A DNA stretch of 60,746 nt, filler included, from Sphacelaria rigidula (taxonomy: Eukaryota): the NCBI GenBank assembly GCA_964200075.2. It is 5 parts of 5 records of this genome, joined end to end, with 100 filler letters (N's around TTAATTAATTAA, not from the genome) between each part and the next. Parts side by side here need not be neighbours in the genome. Positions count along the whole stretch, not along the records: positions 12,172 to 24,241 come from CAXNAA020004161.1; positions 24,342 to 36,410 come from CAXNAA020004162.1; 3 more parts are not named here. One strand, 5' to 3'. Below the pieces are notes generated by a model. That model was not told the origin of the DNA. It was given only the letters and a program-made list of their open reading frames with translations, and searched no databases. Below, piece after piece: positions 13,836-27,169 of the stretch (position 1 is the stretch's first letter; every line of letters begins with the position of its first letter). Made by a program: the position numbers and the translations under genes.

Positions 13836-16180
13836 AACCCCATTTTCGAGTATCCACTGTTAGTTGTGGTTAGCAAGCTTTGTAGGATTGTGCGCGCCGT
13901 CCGCTTTCAGGGTGTACGCTGTACGATTCAGCACACGCTACTACTCTTCGACTGGGCACGCTCCTGGAGCTTCGCTGACACTCTGGTGTGGTGGCTTGAC
14001 TAGTTTCTTTAGTCTCTGGAGGCTTAATATCTCAAAGCCCTACTACCCTTCTCCTGTCTCAGGCACCTATGGTTCGTGGCCGTGCCCAATAAGCTCCATG
14101 GTAGACGACTGCGTTGTGCGCCAACGCGATGATAGCCTGACTACGTTCATTTGAATTTTGGTGACTGGGTCTCTGGACGAGCTCAGGGTAGTTCGATAAA
14201 AACGTTACGTAGTGGTGCAATGCGGGGTACAAACTACTGTGCACACCCGAACAACAGCTACACGTCTTACCCGTGACTCGGCCATTGGCAAGATTCAACG
14301 AGGGGAAGGAGTGCACCATAGTACACCTGCGCCTTACACCAGATGTTTTTACCATGTTTGTGTAAGTTTTGATACATGTGGCTCGAGTTACCCAGTGGAA
14401 GTAGTAGAGATGAAGCTTTCGCCCAAAATCTATGGTTGACAATATGACTACTTGATTTTAGATTGAATGCTGGTATTCGGATCTCGAGAGGGACTGGATG
14501 CTCCTGGCTTGCCCATAACGTGCTTTTGTCCAAATCTGCGCTGCAGACGCCGATTTCAGGTCTGCCAACGCACCCTTCCCCAAGGGCAACCTTTGCACCC
14601 CGCTTGCCTGAGAGTTCGCTCACGCCTTGGGTCGGGGTTAGGGTTGGTTTGTTCGAAAAAGTCAACCATTGATTTTCAACCAAAGGTTAAGGCCCCCTCA
14701 GTGGAAGATGATATCTTCTAAGTCGGATATGTTCCTTTTTCTGATGGGTCGTAAACCGGACCGTCGACTGTAGGACCCACTGGTATAGAAGTCAATACCC
14801 CAGTTGAGGTGCAATGTCAGTTAGGGTAAACTTGTGTTCAATTGCCCACGACTCTACGAAACTAGTTCATTTTCCATTCGGTTCAGCTCACGTTGTGCGG
14901 ACGAGCAAGGTACTTCATCTGAGCTATTAGGCACGCGGAGAGTCTCAGTCTTGGGAGATCCTAGGATGGTACCGTCGGGGTGTCGGTCAATGCGTTTACG
15001 TCTAATATTTACTCCAGAGATACATAAGCTGTAGATGGTGCTCTTCAGTAAATACAACCACCGTGCAAGACAAGGTGTGCACGGCACAGGCGGTGAGTTC
15101 AAGAAACACGGAGTTCCGGGGAGTACTGCCGGTGCAGAGAATTCGAAACATGTGCGCGAGCAATATACGCTGTCTCCTACACGGTGTCACAAAGGAGTAT
15201 TCCAAGACATGTGATTTACCGCACGGATCATCACACCCCAAACGGAGCTCGACAACCGCATCCCGAGCGGTCGGAGCCGTGCGACGACTTTCCTCACCGT
15301 GCTTGACAATACCTTGAATCATGAACGGAAGTATGATCCCGTCATTCAAGAAGAGAGACCAGTGCTTTCAATCTCGTCGTACTGGCAGCGCTGCACGTGT
15401 GTCGCTAGTCTGGAGGAAAAAAATATATGTTTACGAAATTCGAGGAGGAATTAAAATACAGGAAATAACCTGAACGCACTCGAAAACTGTCATCCCGGAA
15501 CGTGACACGTAGCTGACAAAACCATCTCGGCAAGCAGTCTTTTCTTATTAGGGTGCGGCGAGGCCAAACAGAGACAGTTGGTCGACGCATTATTTTTCTA
15601 TACATTTAGCAACGCAGCACGTTCAACCCTGAGTGATCTCTTCTTGGCTACATGTTTTGGGAACACTGCGACTTATGTTACATGGAAAATTTTGACGAAG
15701 GCTCAATTCTTGAACGGTTTGAGCCGCGTGAAACTGACTGAACAATACTGAAGTGTACCTTAACGGCAACGGAGGTTAGTGAGACTGCTTTCCTCAATCA
15801 GCCAGGCCATGCTCCATTGGTGCTAGGGCAAATCTATTATTACATTTTTTTCCCATACTCGGAAGCTTGAACGATGGAGTATTGAATATCCTTCATCTGG
15901 ATATCCTTCGCATCGTCATACGACCATGGTTCCCACGAAAGAGAAGTCTTGCTGCCAGGTGCCTGATGCAACCTTTAATCAAGCATTCATGCAATGTAGT
16001 ATTGAATAATCTTTATCAGTGTATGCTTCGCATTGTCATGCGCGCCACGGCTCCCACGAAAAAGGAGTCTTGTCGTCAGGTGTCTTAGGCATCCTATACT
16101 GGAGCATTCACCTCCAAGTATCATGTACGCATGCAGAGAAATCGGGGATGTTCTCATCCCAACAGACGACGGTTGCTCAC

Positions 16181-19100
16181 CGGTTGTGGATTTCCATTGT
16201 GATGAGAGCTACGAGCTTGTTCCTCTCGATTTTCGTAAGCTGCCCCCTCACCATATCCGACATCTTGTTCAAGTAGCCAACCTTCAAGCACAGCATCGAG
16301 ATTTCGCAGAGATTATAGGGTTTTGCGATGGAGACAATATATATTTTTTCCATTCAAGAGATCAATCAGCCCCTCTAACCCAAAGCTAATGTTGTACGTT
16401 GACTCAGGGCTTGGGCAAACCGGAACACCTAACGGCACTGGAGGCTCCTGTGTTGCTGCTAATTGTACACTGTCACTGCGGAAGAGTGTACTGCGATGAC
16501 GTTGCATTTTTCGTCCTCTGAGTCCATAACCATCGGGTTTGAGTGGGGATCGGTGCGACAGAGTTGAGCATGTATTCGTAGCAATGTCTGCACCTGTTTC
16601 TTCTTGAGGGCCTTAAGAGCAGTTTTGTTGCCCCCAGAGATAGCGTTGAGTGCCTTGGAGCAATCGGTCGTCCATTGTACGGCCCCCGTGGAGATTAGCA
16701 ACTGACCCTGGTAGTCCTTGACCCATTTGTCCTTCTTTCCCCTGTCGCATTGGACAAGGCGATTATGTACAAATCATCGACCGAGTCATCAAAATGACTG
16801 CGTATTCCAGGCGAACTTTATGAGTTTTCGTCTCGAGGGACGTATAAGAACGACTAGTACACTTTCAAGGAGAAGGCATACCGCTCATGACTGGACGAAA
16901 CATTATGGCTTTAACAGAGACTATCAGGTTTGTAGCACTGTACTTTAGAAACTTACAAGCTCCGCTCTTTCGTTGACACGGTGTGGGAGCGCTGATCCAA
17001 CCCCCGATACCAAGAGGTGAGGCGTGTACGCGGGGAGAGACGGGTTGGTCCCTTGAGACACGCGATCTCGTCCCCCCCGAGGAAGGGGAGGGTAGTAGAA
17101 AGTTCGCCAAAAAATAAATAAATAAAGGAGGTGTGGAAGCTTTCGAGCCGCATGGAAACCCTGAAATGATTCGCAACAACCTTGTCGGCGAATATCTAGC
17201 AGCTGGGTGCAATAGAAAGCATTCATTTGTTTCTTACACAAGTATTCGTTTTTTTCGCCAGCCATTGGCATTTGCCCAGAATCAAACTGTGCATCTTAGT
17301 GGAGCATAAGGTTTATTTCTTAAGCCGCAACAAGTAGCTGCGGTATAATGCAACATGAACAAATATCACTAATTCTGGGAGCAAGGCGAACATGTTGCGT
17401 GGTCCTAATCGCAACCCCCGTATTCAAAACGAATATCGATGTGCTGAGTCGTTGATGAAGTTGAGGATCCGTTTTTTGCTAAAACACACGGGTCTGGCGT
17501 GAAAAGCGTGTTTAAACCGCTACCCTCGTGGTATTTCCCGCGTATGTAGAGTACAACAATGCTATATTTGAGGCGAAAAAATGAAGTCCTGTTCTCAGCT
17601 TCGGCCTCAGTACGAGCCGATTGCTGGTGAGCTGTTGCTCTTGGGGTCGTAAGCAACCCACTTGTAGGCTTGAAGACTACTCGCTAGCAGTTTTTGCAGA
17701 GCCGTTTGCATGGCGCCCTCCAACGCAGCGAGCCACATCTCCACAGCTCCATCAATGATTAGGTTTGCAGCAAGCGCTACCGTTTCGCCGTCTGGTGACG
17801 TAAGGCCCGTTGCCTCCCACGTCTTGTTCATGTGCTTGCCTGAATGCGTAGGCCCGGGACACCGAATATACCCACAGAGAGATTGTGCTTGGCGTAAGTT
17901 AAGACCAGCCAAACAAAAATGAGAGGTGAAGACACACGGGATTTCGTGTGCTCACCTGCATACAATAATGCCACGAGAATGTTTGTATCGAGAAACATTG
18001 AGCCAATTCGTACAAAAACTGTCCACCAACTTGAAAATCAACGAGTTCCGCGACATGGAACAGTTCAAGGGGGGAAAGTAGACGTTGTCACGCTACTTTT
18101 CACCTACTATGGAGAACGTGTATTTATTTATCGTAAGCATTCTTATTAACTCTGCACACAGTTCAGTGATGGATTGGGATCAAGTGTGGCGTGTAAAAGT
18201 ATGCAAGTTGGTCCGCGATACGTCGTGCGAACGTGCAAAGGTTCACCTGCTCACAGCTACGCTACACCATATTTCAATCAGAAATAATAGCCGGGGGAGG
18301 AATACCACATGATCTTCTCCAATATTCCAACTTTGCTCGTCGAGACATGAGTGCACAGATACCGTTTCCTCAACACAGCGTTGAGACTTTTTACAACCTA
18401 TTTCCGCGCGTAAATTCAATAGAAATGATCTAATTTACGGGAAGCGTAAAATATTATGAAAACGGCGGTGAATATATACCGCGTACAATAGGAAAAACGA
18501 AGAGAAAAATATCCTCCTCCCTGCGTTCCCTTCCCCATGGTCATGCAAAGAGAAATCAAAATGGCAACATGCTTTTGGTTCCCTTCTGGTGGTGAAAATC
18601 TATCTGGCATGTGCCAGTCATATAACACGGCGGCCGTTGACCTGGACGAACGAGATGGATATCCTTGATTCCCTCAAAGCATTTCTTGAGGTGTTTCTGC
18701 ACCGCCTCGGGGTCCCGTGACTGGCCGAGGATCTCCAGCAAATCGTCATCCGACACAAAGTAAAATCGCGGGAATATCATCCTGCGCACGGAACAGTCGC
18801 GAGCATCACATGTTCATGATTTATACGACGTATGAACTTAGCGAGTAGAAACATCGGGCATGCAATGGAGAAGAAGCAGGAACCCTGGAATGTAACCGTT
18901 CGTGTGATACTGACGACAAAAGGTGCGTCAATCGACAGATCTCTGCTGTTGGACCCTTCCCGACATGACACGTGTACCGTCAAAAACATCGTAGATGTCG
19001 TCAAAACCGGCGTCAAAATTCGTCCGCACCGAAGCCAAATTCGACTTAATGGTCGACGAGTGAAAGGGCCTGCTTCACCCCTCTTGCGATACAAAATAGA

Positions 19101-22100
19101 AGGCAAGCACTGCAGAAGGAAGATGGCGAATGAAAACAAACAAAAAATAAAAAACTCCTGCGTTGCCCTTCCTCCCGTGTGACCCCGGTTGGTGCGCCCA
19201 CATATACCGAGAGGTGTAGATCGGCGTCTACAATAGATGGGACGACAACACAACACACACATACACCGAATTGCCGTCATAACGAGTGCTGCGGTATTCA
19301 CGACGCTCTCACCTCTTGGTCTCGAGATACTGGTCTAGACTCTTCTGAATTTGTTCCAGATTGGCATCCATGGCAGATATCCTCTCCAACATATGTGGAT
19401 CCGTGCAGCAAGCTCGTATCGCATTAGGGTTGTTGAATATGTCGCTCATAAGGCGAGTGAATTCGGTGTTTACCTAAAAATAGCGACGATAATGCAAAGG
19501 CTTAGTTTTATACGTAAAAACTCGTGATTGTCAATATTCATCCCTATTTATCTCAGTATTGGAACATGTGCGTCTGGCGTTAGGACGGAAGGTTTTGAAA
19601 GCAGTTGGGGTCGGCTCCTCCACTTACATCAATGGCCACCGAACGCCTCTTGACGAAGAAAATACGGGTGCATGTCAAGTCACCCGTGCACACGTCGGGC
19701 AAGGCGTTGTCGCCCGGAAAATTGGGTGATTGGAGCGCTTTACGCGAGTCGCATATGACGCAGATTCTACGCCAAATTAGGTCTACACATACATTCGCCG
19801 TTGGTAACAACATTATGCAGTGGTACGTGGTGGGGGAAATCCCCCATCATTTCTACCAGCTGGGGTGTATGTGGTGCACATTGACTACTGCCGAGAAATT
19901 GTTGAGACATGGTCACCTCCTGGACCTTGTCAGCTCGCCAACATTATACGACTGATGCCGTGATAGCCCCCCTCCCAGGAAAGTGGCTGGTTTAAGGAGA
20001 AAACATCTACATGTAAGAACGACCATACCACGTCGATAGAACCACATCCCATCCGCTCTGTGAGGTTAAGTGGCGCCGGGTCAAGCTAGTACTACTGTGG
20101 GGGACCACGTGGGAAGCTCTGGTGCTGTTCCTTTCGACTAAGTCTGCTATGTCGTTGTGTTCGACCTCTTTTTCTTTTTCTTTTTTCCGTTCCTTCTTTT
20201 TCTAAGAGCGTATTTCAGTTTCGTTTTCCTTGGGTACGTCTATCATGAGACCACGGGTGGACCCCTGGGGGGTCAGTTAAAGTGCGACAATCAAATAAAA
20301 TCAAACCGGAAATCATGATGACAAAAGCCGAGCACACCGAGCAGCCGGAAATCCTTACGTTTGTGATCGTTCCAACGCATGTCGCCCATGTGAGGCGCTT
20401 CATGCAGTCTGAATTCAGCTGCCATGCGCGGTATGACTATCCTCTTCGTGACAGATTGGGGGCTGGTTTTTTTGGGGGGGCTATCGCGGTATCACTCATA
20501 CTATGATATGACAACGGATATCGATAGTAAAACAACGTTGTTAAACTACCCCTCGCAAAAGCCAGAATAAAATAGCGTAGGCGGTGATGCATGACACGTC
20601 CGGGCTACGAGAAGTGTTCTCAACGGCCAAGCTATCTGAAACTGAGGCAAGGCTGGTACACCGCCGAGCGCTGTCATGGAAGAAATGTCATCATCTATGG
20701 ATGACTGGAATGTGTCGAACATGTAGCGGTTTTTTGTCCAGTCTACTTAGTCATATCTTTCAATTTCTGCATTTCCCTCTTCTCTTGTTCCCTCCAGCGC
20801 ATGTTTCCATTTTTTCCATCTTTTCGTGCGCCTACTTGGCGATCATGGCTGGATTTATCGGGGATCAGTTATTTTGCGGCAACCAATCAATCTACCAGGG
20901 TAACTTCCTCGATAAGCTCCGCAACACGACTCCAAGCGCGTGTCGGATAGGGTATTCCTGATGTGACGGCATTTTGAAAAGTGGAGATCCGACTCGTGCC
21001 CACAGCAGTAGCCAGCCCGGTGCAGTTTTTCCCCTCTCTCAAGTCCATACAAGGCATTGTGACCGCCTTAGGCAGGTGATGTGCAACTATTCGATACCAA
21101 AGTATCGGGGATACCTCACCCGACACGCCCATTCAAGACGCATGTGCCGAGACATTGCACTCCCCCACTACGTGGAGCGTGTCGTAATAACACCCCATGG
21201 AGCAATGAAGACACGAACACCCAACAACTGACCTGAAGGAAGATGGCAGATTCCTTGGGGAGCTGCTTGCAAATGTCTTCGCTCGCCATGAAGATAGACT
21301 CCAGGTACATCCACTTCTTTTGCACGGTAAGGATAAGCTCCACGGTTTCCGACACCGCGTTCAGAGACCTTTCCCAGTGATCAATCTTCTGGGCGAAGGA
21401 GTTATAGAACTTGGATGCCTTGACCGTAGACAGCTGTACGCTGTCCTCTTCCAGTACCTTGTTGCGGTTTAAGGGAAAATGAGAGCGGCGGATTGCGGAC
21501 GTTGATGTGTATTTCCTGTAACTAAACCACCATGGAGCTCATCTTTACCAGCGATACCGTTGCGTGGCGAAACCCTCGTGGTGAGAAAAAAGGGAGGTTC
21601 TTCCCCGCCATCTGTAAGTTGCAGTGTCCTACTAACGAAAATACGATCAATCGTTGTGATCCCTCCCTTGCACCGGGAGAGTATCCAAACGTATTGAAAC
21701 ACTTTAGTACAAACTCGGCACACCAGAGGGGTGTCTTGGAATCTATCTGAACATGAAAAAAGGGTACGCCCGATTGCTGTGGACAAGTAGGAAACGCGTG
21801 CACCGTGACAGAATGCCGTGCAACATGCCCCCCCGACTGAGCACGTGAAGAAAAACCAGCTGCAACACAACGTACACATGGCAACTTTCACCTGAAATAA
21901 GTCGTCGGTGCTCTTGATCTTGAAGTACTTTTCCTTATACTCGCCGACGTCGATGTTGACGTCCTTCCATCGCTTCTCGACGTCGACCAGACTCTGAATA
22001 GAACAAGCAAAATTGAACAGACATAATGAGTAAAATCATGATCAAATGGCCCGGCGAGATATTACAAACGCGGGAGACGGGACATGATCAGTAACACGTA

Positions 22101-24005
22101 CATGTTTCCCACCTATATTCAAGGTTTTGATGTATTTCCAACATCACTCTATGATCCCATATACTTGGCTAGTAATATATAAACAAGTGATACAAGGAGC
22201 AGGTGCATAACAAGTACAAGACATCCGCTGTGGAACCGGTTAGACAATATTGGCAGGCTACCCGGCAATTCTGTTAGTGTAATTCCAGGCGGTAGCCGAA
22301 TCGCATTAGCTTCGATTTCGCGAATATATGCACACGAGTCTATGAGAGCAGTGACAGGCGTTCCCGTATACATGGGCAACACCGGAGAAACCATCGTTCT
22401 CAGGAATGGTCCACATATGAAGAACACAACGTCAACGATGCATGGGCGGCCCCATTTCGATTGTTGGAAGCCGGCCCAACACGATTCCAACTCAATCTTA
22501 GCACGATGTCAGCGTACATAACAATGCTGCTACGGCGCCAGGAACCAGCTCAACACGACATCAACATCGCTGTGAGCACAAAGCAGACGCAGAGCCTTAG
22601 GTGTCGTCAAGAAATCTCAGGCATCCAGCGGCTGCGTAAGCTTGAAGTACTGGGGGCAGCGGAATGTTGAGAGTAGCAACAACACAGAGCAGAAAGCTCT
22701 GAAACGTCTCACCCCGAAGGGATATGCTTGGATCGGTTCCCATTGGAAAGGGCTTAGTTCTGCATGACCAAGTGCACATGAGGTACAGACCATGTTACTT
22801 TGGGGAAGAAGTGCGCTCACAATCCGTCACCATGTGGACTGCCCGGACGTTATAGACAACCAAACGTCAGATATACAACTGACCGGTGTTGCGTTTCGCT
22901 TTTTTAGAGTGAACTCTCGCCTGCTCGATGCCCAGCTCCTTGTTAGCATTTGTGCTGAGCTCTCCAATAAATTCGGCGAGATTGTGCAGTCCAAGGCTGA
23001 AGACCCCTTCCAAGTTGAAATCGTCGGCTTCGGGGTTGAAGTTCTTTCCGACCTGAAACCCACGTACAGATTTAGGAAAGAAAAATTTAGCTTTCTACCC
23101 TAAAATACAAGCATAAATTAGAAAACGGCAAATGACTCTTGTGACGTAAAATCCACGAAGGCACCCCTTCAGAAGAACCAGTTAATCAACTTGAGATCTA
23201 CATCCACATTTTTGTTCGTTTTATTTTTTTTCCAGCTTCGATACATATATATGAACGGCGAAAAATGGGGGAAACACGTTTTTCAGTTCGACATTGATTT
23301 GCACAATTCAGATAAAAGCGACTTGCTGCCAGTTTCCGAACGTGGGATCATGGAGACGTCTCAGAAGCCAGGCTAGAGATTTCGCAAAAAAATGATCTAC
23401 GCAAGTTAGAGACTCATAGGGGAATATGGCGATGATATGATCGAAAGGAGAAGCTTGAATACGCTTTGAGAAATGGCCGTGATGTGGCTTGGAAGAGAAG
23501 GAGGTTGAAGCACAGAAGGCGCTGACGAATGGCGAGCACGAAATGCGGTTTTGATACGCGCAAGTGGAGACAGGCAGCTTTCGGCGCCACCACTTCCTTG
23601 GTGGCTTTGCGCGGTGTCTCTGCAGGGGGCCGCAAGTTGATGGTAGAAACGCGCACCGACTTTCAAAGTACTGTACATGTTCGAAATGTTGGAGCTTAAA
23701 GATAAGTAATATGGACGCTAGGTCTGATAGTTGTGGCGATTGAGACTCGCAGCGAATTTACAGCTTTTCTGGTGATTTGGGTATGAATGCAGAGGAGATG
23801 GAAACAAGCAACTAGATATATCCCGGCCAGGCTATCCAACGTATCCTTCACGCACCTCGGAGCGGAGAGCGTCCCAGTGGCGCTGCCGCAGGGCTGGGTT
23901 CTTGAGATCTTGGATGAGGGGCATGGTCTGTCGGAACTGCTCGACTTTCTCCCGCATGGTCTCCCAGACCTTCCACTTCTTCATATCCCTACCAAGCTTG
24001 CCGAT
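16181..24005 (-). CDS. DNAH2: Axonemal dynein heavy chain, internal fragment (DHC_N2/linker region), most like inner-arm I1/f beta (DNAH2-type)
   Basis: In-frame exons: 24005-23856 (MPLIQDLKNPALRQRHW), 23052-22921 (..NANKELGIEQ), 21993-21892 (SLVDVEKRW), 21457-21233 (VQKKWMYLESIF..KQLPKES), 19473-19313 (IQKSLDQYLETKR), 18781-18642 (FPRFYFVSDDDLLEILGQSRDPEAVQKHLKKCF), 17839-17662 (SPDGE..GAVEMWL), 16741-16594 (GQLLISTGAVQWT), 16281-16181 (LNKMSDMVRGQLTKIERNKLVALITMEIHNR). The dynein call is firm. The DNAH2 subtype rests on recalled motif similarity (LGQSRxPEAVQxHLKKCF) and is less certain. Confidence 0.9.
16965..17100 (+). mobile_element. SINE family B 3' fragment (dynein intron)
   Basis: GTTGACACGGTGTGGGAGCGCTGA..GGGTTGGTCCCTTGAGACACG..CTCGTCCCCCCGAGGAAGG matches the family B core. 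Confidence 0.55.
19042..19262 (+). mobile_element. SINE family A, 5'-truncated copy with 3' tail (dynein intron)
   Basis: GGTCGACGAG..GCAAGCACTGCAGAAGGAAG..GTGACCCCGG..GCGCCCACATATACCGAGAGGTGTAGA..GGGACGACAACACAACACACAC, homologous to 32272-32470. Confidence 0.75.
20015..20133 (+). rRNA. 5S rRNA-derived sequence (diverged copy, pseudogene or SINE head) in a dynein intron
   Basis: ~119 nt AAGAACGACCATACCACG..CATCCCATCCGCTCTGTGAGGTTAAG..CTAGTACTAC..GGGGGACCACGTGGGAAG..GGTGCTGTTCCT shows eukaryotic 5S landmarks including box A and box C. The terminal helix (AAGAACGAC/GCTGTTCCT) has two A-C mismatches, consistent with decay. Confidence 0.85.
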
Positions 24006-24241
24006 CTAAAAGCAAAGCAATGTTTGAACGTAGAGCGCCATACAGACTTTGTATATGAGCAGGAAACAGGAGGAATGCAGTACTGTGCGAGTGCTATATT
24101 TGAAAATGCTTCGACTACCCTTAGAGAAGGTGTAGGCGCGGGATGGACGCTCGCGGTCAAATAGAAACCACGACACCTGTCCATTCCACTGTTACAAGGG
24201 TCGGACAAATAATGATTCGTCTGGAAATTACTTGGATTTAG

Positions 24242-24341
24242 NNNNNNNNNNNNNNNNNNNNNNNNNNNNNNNNNNNNNNNNNNNNTTAATTAATTAANNN
24301 NNNNNNNNNNNNNNNNNNNNNNNNNNNNNNNNNNNNNNNNN
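24242..24341. other. Artificial contig spacer
   Basis: Same 100-bp N/linker design. Confidence 0.98.
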
Positions 24342-25294
24342 TTTGTTCGATAAAAAGGTTATTGTGCACCCTCGCTGAAAGTGTGGAGAAAGTACTCTTT
24401 TGGGCTCGAACCTCATTCCATCGATGAACCTCATTTTACAGAATCCTCTGTTGAGCAATGCTACGGTAGGGGTTCACTTTTTGCGCCAAATTTCGTCTGG
24501 TTCAGGGGCTCCTGACGTTTCAAGACGCACAAGAACATGGGTCAGGGCATCCCCGTTTGCAGAGTTATTCGGGATATCCCCCGCATATTGGAATAGTAAT
24601 CCTGGCGTACTCTCGCACATTTCCATAAGTCGTGTTTTGGATTAGATAAAGGGCTCCTAACAATTCTAACCTCAGAAAATATATTTGCACCCCTACCGTA
24701 GCATCACTCTGTTAATGGGTGGCTAACGACGTTTCGTGGGTATTGCAGCTCTCCGATGATGACCGGAAAGGGATATTGTTCATGTAGAAAAGCGAAGCAG
24801 CAATGGAGACATAATCGTCTCTCGCTTTGTTGCCGTCACACATCCATATCACTGTTCTGGGAGAACTTTCTTTCGCGCTTGCTTGCTGGCCGAGTAGAAG
24901 GGTGCTTGGGAAAGAGTAAAACAAGCAGGGAGGGGAATACGAAGGAATTGCGGGGGGTGGGGGAATTTGCACTCCTGTATTTGTGATGGTACCTGATCCC
25001 ATTGCGATAGGCATTTCCTCGCTTCCGCCTGTGACATCGTTATCGCTACTTTGGTGGCAATAAGTTATTCACTACGTTGTACATACCAAAGAACTACTAC
25101 AAAAATATACTGAACGAAGTAGACCCGGGCTCGTGCACTTTTCAACGTAACTTCCGAGTACCATCCTGCCGGTCGGCCTTTTACAGGGATAGCATGTTTG
25201 TTTCCCTTGCCGTATCCATCGCCAGCCGGCCGTCGTGAAAAGGATTGTGTGCCGTATGCTCGATATCACGAAATATCCATGAATATGGATCAAA

Positions 25295-25526
25295 GAGTCA
25301 TACTGCGATAGAGGGGAGGGGAGTTTGGATCATTTCTTCCACAAAATTCCACTTCAAATAATCGTTGAAAGCAGCGAGGGTTGTTCAAACGCGTTTGTCA
25401 CTGATGCGTAACGTTCCTTCATACAGATACAAGCGCACCGCGAGCGTGATGAGCTGTGTGACACACCTACAAGCCCGTTTTTCCTTGGAAGCAACCCCCT
25501 CCCCTCCCCCTATCGTAGCATGGCTG
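25295..25526. mobile_element. MITE with GAG-starting TIRs and 4-bp TSD (Sola2-like), copy 1
   Basis: TIRs GAGTCATACTGCGATAGAGGGG / CCCCTATCGTAGCATGGCTG, TSD CAAA (25291-25294, 25527-25530). Interior homologous to 49763-50016. Confidence 0.8.
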
Positions 25527-27169
25527 CAAAGAGTCCAGTACAGGGGGAAGCACATTATACATACTGCACTCGTACTGAACATGCTATGTGGGTAACAGCA
25601 CGCAAACAGTTTACAGTCGACTTATATACACAAGATGTAAAGAAGTGCCTTTCACATTTTCCTGGTGTCGCGTCAGTGGCGAGAACCCCCCCCCCCCCCA
25701 GAGCGTAAAACACCTCATTATTGTACGTTTGGGTTTGTTGCGGCTCAGTATCACGCTCAAACGGAACCTTGATAACAAATAGATTGTCCTGTGTCCAGGG
25801 CGCTTCCAATTTCAATTTATTTCGGTGTTCGGGGCGTTGCTCTCTCGGATTTCGGCGGTGAACCCGGGGTGATCTCGGCTGGGCCCTCTACTCTAAAATA
25901 AAGGTCTGGCCGTAACATATTTTGTATTTGGACGTGGTATTTATCTCCTTTCGGTAGGTGGCAAAGGGACTGGTGGACTCGTTTCAGTACCAAAACGCCC
26001 AGTTATCATCATGTATATGCTTTGTTTTGTGTCTCGTTCGAATCACGTGTTGCATGAAAACCTACCTGTACTGCAGTATGGTTGCGTCCCCGCATTTCTC
26101 GCCAAAAACTACGGTCCCCGCGCCTCGTACACAGTACAGTTCATGATAACCGCATGTCGGTGGCGTTTATTTCATGCATATCCGTTTCAGAACTGATACG
26201 GTATACTAGTTCGTACAGCACGGAGCATACGGCAGCACTAGATCGAAAACTGGTAAACCACACCTCCAAGTTTAACAGCGATGGACTCGCTGGCATTTCT
26301 TCTGCGTGCTTTCGAATAAAGCGCTATGAAACATGAGGAGCAATACCATGACGGGCTGTCACAAGAGAGTATAGCGCTGTAGTGCACAAGCGCACCGTCA
26401 CGGTGTGGGCAACACGGAAACGCTAGCGCGCGTGCTGCTCGAAAGTAACGCGTTCCGCCCGTGGAATTCAATTCAGTGCGTTTTATTGAATTGTTGATAG
26501 CACCGCGACTAGTTTTGGCGCCGTGCTCGTCCTTTGAGTTTTTTTTTTCTTTTACGGGGAATCGGGAAAGGCACGACACGGGTGTAATTCGTGCGCAAAA
26601 AACATGGCACGGGCACGTTTCATCTCAACTCCCACCGGGGGGGTACTGTCATCTTCGATTTTCAGAGCTCACGTCACATTTGTTCAATTATTTCACTACA
26701 TGGGCTTTTATCTCCGACCCGTGGTCACGGGGTGCAAGGAACTCACCACCGATGACCATAAAACCAAGAGTCGACAGAGGATGTCTTTGCATAAAAAACT
26801 GAACACGAAAACAGTCACCCCGCCAAACCCGATCGAGCAACGAGGAACACACTGCAAGTCAGCAAATTACCGGCGTGCGATCTAGACGACCAAATTACGA
26901 CCCCCTGCTGCATGTACATGTAGGAACAGCAAACGCAGGGATCGACATGTCGCAGGCAGCGAGAACCAACCCGAAAAAGACTTGATAATATTGAAGAATA
27001 TCCCAGGTTCAAGGAAATCAGGCGATGGCTTCATCGACGAAACATCAACTGACGTGGCTCAGCATCAACATCAAGTAAGTTGATCACCCTAATATTAGTT
27101 CGGTGTAATTACCCAGAGCTAATCCAAGTTCGAGAACCTCAAATCTACCTGCCCTTTTTTTTCCCCCTC

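Noticed and set aside
10646-16181. Convergent flippase-dynein gene pair
   Set aside because: The two genes are on different contigs separated by an artificial spacer.
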